Shown piece by piece: positions 57,586 through 64,000 of a stretch of DNA of 64,000 nt (positions are counted from its first letter, which is position 1; each line of letters starts with the position of its first letter). The DNA lies in assembly GCA_964477845.1 (NCBI GenBank), contig CAYZES010000004.1, positions 68,693 to 132,692 of the forward strand, in the 5' to 3' direction. Source of the DNA: an uncultured Dehalococcoidia bacterium. Its GTDB lineage: Bacteria > Chloroflexota > Dehalococcoidia > Lucifugimonadales > UBA2962. A program made the translations under genes and the position numbers. The notes below the pieces were generated by a model. The model was not told the origin of the DNA. It was given only the letters and a program-made list of their open reading frames with translations, and searched no databases.

Positions 57586-58349
57586 CACCCGGGGAGTCCC
57601 TGCGTTCCCGGGCCCCCGGCGCCCGACGCGTATGTGAAGTACATGTCCCTGAGCTCGTCCGCGCCCTCGCCGCCCGGCCCCAGCGAGCACTCGTGCGCCA
57701 CCGCGCCGCGCGCAAGTATGGCCACCCTGTCGGACATCGCCATGGCCTGGTCCAGGTTGTGGGTGACCAGGAGGACCGCGCCTCCTCCCGCTCTGGTAGC
57801 GACGACAACCTCGCGAAGCATCTCTGCGGCGGACTGGTCGAGCCCGCTCTCCGGCTCGTCCAGCAGCAGCACTCTCGGGCGGTGAAGCAGGGCGCGGGCG
57901 ATGGAAAAGCGCTTTTGCATGCCGTGGGAGAGGACACCCGCCCTGCGGCCGAGCCCGTGCGCCACTCCAACGCGGGCGACCGCCTCGCCTATGCGCTCGT
58001 CGGCCCCGTCAAGGTCGAACATGCGGCAGAAGAAACGCAGGTTCTCCCCGGCCGTAAGGTCCGCATAGAGCATGGGCTCGTGCATCACGACGCCCGTCAC
58101 CCGGCGCACGCCCGCGGCCCTGCGCACGGCGTCCATGCCCGCCACACGTACCGTGCCGGAGTCCGGTCTCGTCAGGGTGGCAACCACCTTAAGGAGCGTG
58201 GTCTTACCGGACCCGTTGGGCCCGAGCACGGACAGAACCTCACCCCACCCGAGCGTAAGGCTCAGGCCGTTAAGGACGCGGACGCGGCCATAGGACTTGG
58301 TGAGGTCATCGACCTCGATGGCGGGCGTCCCTGCGTCTATCGCGGGCAC
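57585..58349 (-). CDS. ccmA: heme ABC exporter ATP-binding protein CcmA
   Basis: 254 aa with Walker A GPNGSGKTT, signature LSHGMQKR and Walker B LLLDEP, located upstream of ccmB. Confidence 0.9.
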   Translation of the reverse strand: MPAIDAGTPAIEVDDLTKSYGRVRVLNGLSLTLGWGEVLSVLGPNGSGKTTLLKVVATLTRPDSGTVRVAGMDAVRRAAGVRRVTGVVMHEPMLYADLTAGENLRFFCRMFDLDGADERIGEAVARVGVAHGLGRRAGVLSHGMQKRFSIARALLHRPRVLLLDEPESGLDQSAAEMLREVVVATRAGGGAVLLVTHNLDQAMAMSDRVAILARGAVAHECSLGPGGEGADELRDMYFTYASGAGGPGTQGLPG

Positions 58350-58518
58350 GCACGTCCCGGCGCGGACCGTCCGAGGCCTGCGCCCCCGCTTACGTCGGCG
58401 TTAACGTCGTTTCCCATGGGCCCCGGTACTGTAGTATATGCGGGAAGACGGCGGCAATCGGGGCCCGCGCGTGTGTGCTGTGGAGCCGGGGCCTTCCGCA
58501 TGGAGCAAGTCGCTAAAG

Positions 58519-58953
58519 ATGCCTACCATTAAAGAGCTTCGCGAGAGCTATCTCACCCTGGGCGAGGGGTCCGGTTCGGCACCCGGACCGACCGAGCCGG
58601 AGGAGATCGACGGCTCGGTCCTTATGTGCTTTGACTACGAGTACCAGGGCAGCGACGCCGAGGTCGCCATAGACACCGACGAGTTCACCGCCGTCTGCCC
58701 GTGGACCGACCTTCCCGACTACGGCACTCTGACCGTCCGCTACGTCCCGGACACGCTGGTGATCGAGCTAAAGTCCCTCAAGTACTACCTGCTCCAGTAC
58801 AGGGGCGTAGGCATCGTTCAGGAGCATGCGGCAAATCGCATACTTGCCGACCTGGTCGCGGCGGCCCGGCCTGTCTCGATGACAGTACAGCTCGATTACA
58901 AGGTCCGCGGCGGGCTGCACACCGCGGTCACCGCCTCGTTCCGGAGCGGTTGA
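58519..58953 (+). CDS. queF: NADPH-dependent 7-cyano-7-deazaguanine (preQ0) reductase
   Basis: The ORF track starts at 58438. I prefer ATG 58519 (MPTIKELRESY). It has the catalytic-Cys region FTAVCPWTDLPDYGTL and the QueF motif ELKSLKYYL..YR. Confidence 0.9.
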   Translation: MPTIKELRESYLTLGEGSGSAPGPTEPEEIDGSVLMCFDYEYQGSDAEVAIDTDEFTAVCPWTDLPDYGTLTVRYVPDTLVIELKSLKYYLLQYRGVGIVQEHAANRILADLVAAARPVSMTVQLDYKVRGGLHTAVTASFRSG

Positions 58954-59681
58954 GCTCCCACGGCGTCAGCCTGCTGTCCGGAGGCCTAGACTCGGCCACG
59001 GTCACCGCCCACGCGAAAGGCCAGGTCGACAGCCTGACCGCCCTGACCTTCCGGTACGGGCAGACCCACGCGAGGGAGGTGGAGGCCGCGCGGGCCATTG
59101 CCTCCGGCATGGGGATCGCGCACCGGACCGTCGACATATCCTTCCTGGGAGAGGTGGCCTGGTATTCGGCGCTCACCAGCCCGGAGCTCTTTCCGGTCCC
59201 GTCGGGCCGATCGGACGATGAGATCGGCTTCGGGGTTCCGATCACCTACGTCCCGCTGCGCAACACGATCTTCCTCGCGCTTGGAGCGGCACTGGCAGAG
59301 AGCGAGGCCCTGCATGCGATCGAGTCGCTGGGCGAGGATCCGGCGGACACCAGGGTGGTTGTCTTCCTTGCGCCCAACGCGATCGACTACAGCGGCTACC
59401 CGGACTGCAGGCCCGAGTTCTTCAGGAACGCAATCGAGACGATCAACCTGGGATCAAAGCTCGCGACCGAGCACGCGGTCCGAATAGAGGTCGAGACCCC
59501 GATCATCGACAGGACCAAGGCGGAGATCGTCCGCATGGCCCTGGCGCTCGGCGTCCGCCTTGAGATGACGTGGTCGTGCTACCGCGGCGGCGCCGTCCCC
59601 TGCGGCGAGTGCGACTCATGCGTCCTTCGCGCGCGCGGCTTTGCCGAGGCAGGCGTTCCCGATCCCGCCGCGCAGGGCTGA
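58950..59681 (+). CDS. queC: 7-cyano-7-deazaguanine synthase
   Basis: The ORF-track start at 58701 lies inside queF. I prefer TTG 58950, which overlaps the queF TGA. It has the PP-loop SLLSGGLDSAT and the C-terminal zinc cysteines SCY..CGECDSC. Confidence 0.92.
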   Translation: MSSHGVSLLSGGLDSATVTAHAKGQVDSLTALTFRYGQTHAREVEAARAIASGMGIAHRTVDISFLGEVAWYSALTSPELFPVPSGRSDDEIGFGVPITYVPLRNTIFLALGAALAESEALHAIESLGEDPADTRVVVFLAPNAIDYSGYPDCRPEFFRNAIETINLGSKLATEHAVRIEVETPIIDRTKAEIVRMALALGVRLEMTWSCYRGGAVPCGECDSCVLRARGFAEAGVPDPAAQG

Positions 59682-59706
59682 GCCGGTAAGCGGGGGCGAG
59701 GCCGCC

Positions 59707-60417
59707 TTGCTGCGCGTGAGCAGACTAGCCTCGGGTGAGCCGGAGATTTTCCTGTCGATTCAGGGCGAGGGCCGCACGGCAGGTACGGCCTCCGCGTTCG
59801 TGAGGCTTGCGACGTGCAACCTGGCCTGCAGCTGGTGCGACACCGCCTACACGTGGAACTGGTCTCGTTTCGACTACGACGAACAGGTGATGTATATGGG
59901 GCCTGAGGAGGCGGCCTCCCGGGTCGAGGCTCTGGAGACGACAAATGTGGTGATCACGGGCGGAGAGCCTTTGCTCCAGCAGGCCGCGGGCCTTGGCGAG
60001 CTGGCCTCCTCGCTCGCCGGGACCGGTCACAACATCGAGGTCGAGACCAACGGGACCATAGCTCCGTCGGAGCAGATGGCCGCCTCCGTTTCCCGGTGGA
60101 ACGTGTCTCCCAAGATCGCAAGCTCCGGCAATCCCTCCGGCAGACGAGAGGTCCCGGAGGCGCTCAGCGCCCTTTCGGCTCTTCCGAACGCCGATTGGAA
60201 GTTCGTCATAACAGGCCGCCCCGACATCGAGGAGGCGGCGCGCGTGGCGGAGCGGTACGGCGTCCCTCCCGGGCGGGTCGTGCTCATGCCCGAGGGAACT
60301 GCCGCCGATGTGGTCGCCGAGAGATCGAAGTGGGTGATGGAGGAGGCCGCACTGCGGGGATTTCGCTTCTCCTCCCGGCTGCATGTCCTATTGTGGGGGG
60401 CGGAGCGAGGCCGCTAG
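59707..60417 (+). CDS. queE: 7-carboxy-7-deazaguanine synthase (radical SAM)
   Basis: EIFLSIQGEG followed by CNLACSWCDT. The start is uncertain among the ORF-track 59641, TTG 59707 and GTG 59716. Confidence 0.88.
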   Translation: MLRVSRLASGEPEIFLSIQGEGRTAGTASAFVRLATCNLACSWCDTAYTWNWSRFDYDEQVMYMGPEEAASRVEALETTNVVITGGEPLLQQAAGLGELASSLAGTGHNIEVETNGTIAPSEQMAASVSRWNVSPKIASSGNPSGRREVPEALSALSALPNADWKFVITGRPDIEEAARVAERYGVPPGRVVLMPEGTAADVVAERSKWVMEEAALRGFRFSSRLHVLLWGAERGR

Positions 60418-60494
60418 GCGACGCGGGGCCGGGCGGGGTAGGTGATATATTTGGCAGCCGTTACCTACGCCCGCAGACTAGGAGACCAGCCGAG

Positions 60495-61247
60495 ATGAAG
60501 TTCGCCAGATACAAGGTCGGGGAAAGCATCGAGTACGGGATCGTCGAGGGGGAGGCCGTGACCCGCATCACGGGCGCGCCGTGGGGCGAATACGAGACCA
60601 CGAGCGATGTGCGGCCGGTATCGTCGGTGCGGCTGCTCGCACCTGCACAGCCCTCCAAGATGGTCGCGATCGGCCTAAACTACAGGAGCCATCTCGGCGA
60701 CCGGGAGCCCCCCAAGGTGCCCGAGCCGTTCCTCAAGACGCCGTCCTCGGTGATCGGCCCGGGCGATCCTATCGTGCTTCCGGCCGAGTCCAAGGTCGTT
60801 CAGGAGGAGGCGGAGCTCGCGGTGGTGTTCGGCAGGCGATGCAGGCGCGCGAGCCGGGAGGACGCCCTTAGCTACGTCCTAGGCTACACATGCGCCAACG
60901 ACGTCAGCGAGCGCGGCTGGCAGGCGGGCGACCTGCAGTGGTGGCGTGCAAAGTCCGCCGACACTTTCGGCCCGATCGGCCCGGTCATCGTAACCGGCCT
61001 GGACCCGGCGAACCTTGCGATCGAGGCGCGCGTCAACGGAGAGATCGTGCAAAAGAGCAACACGGCCGACCTTCTCTACGACGTTCCCGCGATCATCGAA
61101 TGGGTGAGCCGGGTAATGACGCTTGAGCCCGGCGACGTGATCCTCACGGGCACCCCCGGGACGACGGCGACTATCTCAGCGGGCGACACCGTTGAGGTCG
61201 AGCTGGAGGGCATCGGGATGCTGAGCAACCCGGTAAGGGACGAGTAG
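60495..61247 (+). CDS. fumarylacetoacetate hydrolase (FAH) family protein
   Basis: The ORF track starts at 60096, inside queE. I prefer ATG 60495 (MKFARYKVGESIEYGIVEG). It shows the FAH-fold pattern: ELAVV.G, NDVSER, W...K..D.F.P.GP, GD....GTP.G. Confidence 0.87.
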   Translation: MKFARYKVGESIEYGIVEGEAVTRITGAPWGEYETTSDVRPVSSVRLLAPAQPSKMVAIGLNYRSHLGDREPPKVPEPFLKTPSSVIGPGDPIVLPAESKVVQEEAELAVVFGRRCRRASREDALSYVLGYTCANDVSERGWQAGDLQWWRAKSADTFGPIGPVIVTGLDPANLAIEARVNGEIVQKSNTADLLYDVPAIIEWVSRVMTLEPGDVILTGTPGTTATISAGDTVEVELEGIGMLSNPVRDE

Positions 61248-61260
61248 GGGCGGACCGGGA

Positions 61261-61992
61261 CTAGCTAAAGTACTGGTCTATCCTCAGGTCCAGGAGTTCG
61301 CGTCCAGAGCCCGCCGACCAGTAGTAGATCAGGTAGGCGCCGGCCCCGACCATCGCAAGATTTCCGAGCGGCTCAACGTAGGGGAAAATCTTGCGGATCA
61401 GGTTCTGCACCACTCCCTTGAAGAAGACCACGCCCACCGCCGCCGCGACCATGATCACCCCCATGCCAAGGCCGTAGGCCAGCGAGCCCAGCACGGTCTC
61501 AGCGAAGCTGCCCGCGGACAGCGACTGGCCCGCCACAACCCCGACGGCGGCAAGGAAGATAGGGAGTGCGCAGCTCAGGGATGCGACCGCGTAGGCGATC
61601 CCGAACAGGAACACCTGCCGCAGGCCCTTTCCGGACCCCAGGTTGACGCGGCTGGCGGCCATGATGCCGATCTTCTTGCGGGAGATCAAAAGCCACAGGC
61701 CCAGCGCCGTGATCAGCACTCCCACCGCCAGTCCCGCAAACGGAAGGAAGTTGCCCACGACGCGGCCGCCCGCCGCAAGGATCAGGCCGACGAGCCCGAA
61801 AACAACGATGAACCCGGCGGTAGCGGCAAGGCCGAGCATGATGCCCTTGAGCCCGGCGATTACCGGGTTCTGCTCGGCCTCGGCGCTGCCGAGCTGGTAG
61901 CCGACGTATGCCGGGAACATCGCCGCACCACAGGGGTTAAAGGCGGCGACCGTGCCTCCTGAGAAGGCGAATGCCAGTGGGACCTCTATCAT
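61261..61992 (-). CDS. ccdA: cytochrome c biogenesis thiol-disulfide transporter CcdA/DsbD-like
   Basis: 243 aa with 6 TM and the two conserved membrane-embedded cysteines (AAFNPCGAAM, ASLSCALPIF). Confidence 0.87.
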   Translation of the reverse strand: MIEVPLAFAFSGGTVAAFNPCGAAMFPAYVGYQLGSAEAEQNPVIAGLKGIMLGLAATAGFIVVFGLVGLILAAGGRVVGNFLPFAGLAVGVLITALGLWLLISRKKIGIMAASRVNLGSGKGLRQVFLFGIAYAVASLSCALPIFLAAVGVVAGQSLSAGSFAETVLGSLAYGLGMGVIMVAAAVGVVFFKGVVQNLIRKIFPYVEPLGNLAMVGAGAYLIYYWSAGSGRELLDLRIDQYFS

Positions 61993-62187
61993 CTGTCGAC
62001 TCCGTTGCGGGCAAGTGCGCTGGGCCCTTCCGATTATATTCGGCCCCGGGCCGCAGAAAGGCCCCGCTCGCGCGTACCACTATATCTATGCTACGCACGG
62101 GCCGCAGATTCCGATTCTCCATCAGCCGCATCGCCTCACAACGGCGCGTTAACCAGTCAATATAGGCGCTCAGGGACCGTAGACAAG

Positions 62188-62217
62188 TTGACATCTGATC
62201 GCCGCCGCTGGTACATT
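62188..62217 (+). promoter_or_regulatory. candidate sigma70-like promoter of the sulfite reductase gene
   Basis: TTGACA (62188-62193), an 18-nt spacer, then TACATT (62212-62217). Pattern match only. Confidence 0.3.
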
Positions 62218-62312
62218 CGGCCTACAGTGTCACCTCACCCATCGGCATCCGTCACAGAGTGTAGACGCACTTTGCCCGGGTAGGTGTTCGGCTAAGCTAA
62301 GCCCCGCCACCC

Positions 62313-62343
62313 GGCCCCGCTCAATGTGCGGGGCCTTTTGTTT
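62313..62343 (+). terminator. leader hairpin + U-tract (attenuator-like) upstream of the sulfite reductase gene
   Basis: An 8-bp stem, GGCCCCGC (62313-62320) with GCGGGGCC (62328-62335), encloses a 7-nt loop and is followed by TTTTGTTT. It sits 28 nt before ATG 62371. A second GCCCCGC copy lies at 62301-62307. Confidence 0.45.
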
Positions 62344-62370
62344 CGGGGAGGCACCGGGAGAGACGGCAAA

Positions 62371-64000
62371 ATGACCCAGATAAGCCAAAGGGCGGCCAAC
62401 GACAGGGTGATCCCCTCGGTGCCGCAGGAGCTAGACGACTTCGAGGCGGCGGTAAGGAAATTCCAGGCCGGCGAGTGGGACCAGACCGACTTCATGGCCT
62501 TCCGCCTGCGCCAGGGCGTTTACGGGCAGCGTCAACCCGACGCGCAGATGGTGCGTGTGAAGGCGCCGTTCGGCGGCCTGACCGCAGACCAGCTCGACGT
62601 CCTCGGCGAGTTCGCCGACCGCTACGCACCCCTGCGCAAGGGCCACGTGACCACCAGGGAGAACTTCCAGTTCCACCACGTGCCCCTGAGCGACGCGCCC
62701 GATGCGCTCAGGCTGCTGGCCGACGGCGGCCTCAGCACCAGGGAGGCCTGCGGGAACACCGTGCGCAACGTCACAGGCTGCCCGATGGCCGGGGTATGCG
62801 GCATCGAGGAGTTCGATGTCACGCCGTATGCCGCCGCCTATGCCCGCTATTTCGTACGCCACCCGTTCACCCAGTCCCTGCCCCGCAAGATAAAGACGGC
62901 CTTCTCGGGCTGCGCAAAGGACTGCGCGATCACCCCGATCCACGACATAGGCTTCATTCCCCGGGTGGTCGACGGCGAGAGGGGCTTTAGGATGGTCGCC
63001 GGCGGGGGCACCTCCATCATGCCGCGCATCGCCCCCACCCTGTACGAGTTCGTGCGCATGGACGAGTACCTCAAGGTGACCGAGGCCTGCCTGCGCGTCT
63101 TCCACAGCTCAAACGAACTGAGGAGAAACCGCATGAAGGCGCGCATAAAGTTCCTCATCGACAGGGTCGGCATCGACGAGTTCAGAAAGCAGGTCGAGCA
63201 GGAAATGGCAAGGCCCTGGGCGCAGCGCTCGTTCGATCCCACGGACCTCCTGTTCATCGAGGACGAGGAGGCGGACGCCCCCGCGCTCGACGGCGACTAC
63301 GTGCCGGCAGTGCCCAATGCCGGCTTTGAGCGGTGGGTCGAGACCAACGTCACCGACCAGAGGCAGGACGGCTACACCGCCGCCACGGTGAAGCTGCCGC
63401 TGGGCGACATACAGGCCGAGCAGTTCGGAAAGCTCGCCGACATGGCCAGAAGGTACGGCGGCGGCAGGTGCCGGATCACACACCAGCAGAACCTGACTTT
63501 CAGGTGGGTCCCCAGGGCGGCGCTATATGAGCTGTGGCTGGGACTGCGGTCGATAGGCCTTGCCGACCCCGGAGCCCACCAGATCGCGGATGTCGTCGCC
63601 TGCCCGGGAACCGACAGCTGCAAGCTGGGAATCACCTCGTCGATGGGCCTGGGCCGGGCGATGAGGGAGGCCATCGAGGGCCTGGATACCCGCGACCCTC
63701 TGGTCGAGAGCATGCACGTAAAGATAAGCGGCTGTCCCAACGGCTGCGGCCAGCATCACGTTGCCGACATCGGCTTTCACGGGGCGGCCGCGAAGGCGCC
63801 CGGGGGGCAGGTGCCGGCCTATGAGCTGTTCCTGGGAGGCAGCTACGAAGGCGACAACCCGAGGTTCGGGGTCCGCACCAGGACCAAGGTTCCGGCAAAG
63901 CGCGCCCCAGAGGTCCTTCGCAGCCTGATCTCCCTGTACCTTGCGGAAAGAAACGAGGGCGAGCCATTCAGGGACTATGCGGCCCGGGTGGGCAGGGAGA
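62371..64000 (+). CDS. sulfite/nitrite reductase hemoprotein (siroheme-[4Fe-4S], ferredoxin-dependent type), 3' end cut by window edge
   Basis: Absent from the ORF track because it runs off the right edge. My translation from ATG 62371 (gggagag upstream) gives MTQISQRAANDRV..FRLRQGVYGQRQ..GNTVRNVTGCP..ACPGTDSCKLG..KISGCPNGCGQHH, which are the NirA/Sir cluster-binding cysteines. Confidence 0.9.
   Translation, partial: MTQISQRAANDRVIPSVPQELDDFEAAVRKFQAGEWDQTDFMAFRLRQGVYGQRQPDAQMVRVKAPFGGLTADQLDVLGEFADRYAPLRKGHVTTRENFQFHHVPLSDAPDALRLLADGGLSTREACGNTVRNVTGCPMAGVCGIEEFDVTPYAAAYARYFVRHPFTQSLPRKIKTAFSGCAKDCAITPIHDIGFIPRVVDGERGFRMVAGGGTSIMPRIAPTLYEFVRMDEYLKVTEACLRVFHSSNELRRNRMKARIKFLIDRVGIDEFRKQVEQEMARPWAQRSFDPTDLLFIEDEEADAPALDGDYVPAVPNAGFERWVETNVTDQRQDGYTAATVKLPLGDIQAEQFGKLADMARRYGGGRCRITHQQNLTFRWVPRAALYELWLGLRSIGLADPGAHQIADVVACPGTDSCKLGITSSMGLGRAMREAIEGLDTRDPLVESMHVKISGCPNGCGQHHVADIGFHGAAAKAPGGQVPAYELFLGGSYEGDNPRFGVRTRTKVPAKRAPEVLRSLISLYLAERNEGEPFRDYAARVGRE

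Noticed and set aside
58350-58518. Looked for a preQ1 riboswitch upstream of queF-queC-queE.
   Set aside because: I found no short hairpin followed by an A-rich tail ending in CUA(A)GG-type pseudoknot or SD sequence. The region is GC-rich with only a GGAG SD. This needs a cmscan run to be definitive.

Overview
This is a high-GC, densely coding bacterial chromosomal segment. I cannot assign a lineage from sequence alone. About 80% is ordinary housekeeping. This includes moeB/thiF-like (cut by the left edge), coaX, coaBC, valS, secA, prs, a sulfate-assimilation pair (APS-type cysH plus a sat-cysC fusion), a livFGMH-type ABC operon with two paralogous binding proteins, a DEAD-box helicase, hpt, clpC-like, holA, ychF, hemW and selB. 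It also includes System I cytochrome c maturation genes (ccmCDE and ccmAB, split by korAB), queF-queC-queE, ccdA, and a sulfite/nitrite reductase that runs off the right edge. Many genes use GTG/TTG starts and 4-nt start/stop overlaps. Several ORF-track entries are N-terminally over-extended, and many are antisense artefacts of high GC. The accessory part lies at about 29.4-41.6 kb. It holds a VapBC module, an A/T-richer decayed patch, a 1512-aa secreted cadherin-repeat protein built from a ~2.2-kb internal duplication, and a 1436-aa secreted alpha-2-macroglobulin homologue. That homologue has an intact eukaryote-like GCGEQNM thioester and an N-terminal EF-hand-like loop. A second VapBC module and tRNA-Asn follow. 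The cadherin + thioester-protein pair is my best candidate for an undescribed extracellular system. Secondary leads are similar promoter-hairpin-U-tract leaders in front of both sulfur-assimilation loci, three long ORF-free GC-rich spacers (25.9-26.8, 28.05-28.5 and 28.8-29.5 kb) that may encode structured RNA, and a Cys-type (CxxxY) CcmE. I found no CRISPR array, IS element, integrase or recognisable phage-defence gene. All calls come from reading translations and motifs by eye; no database search was run.
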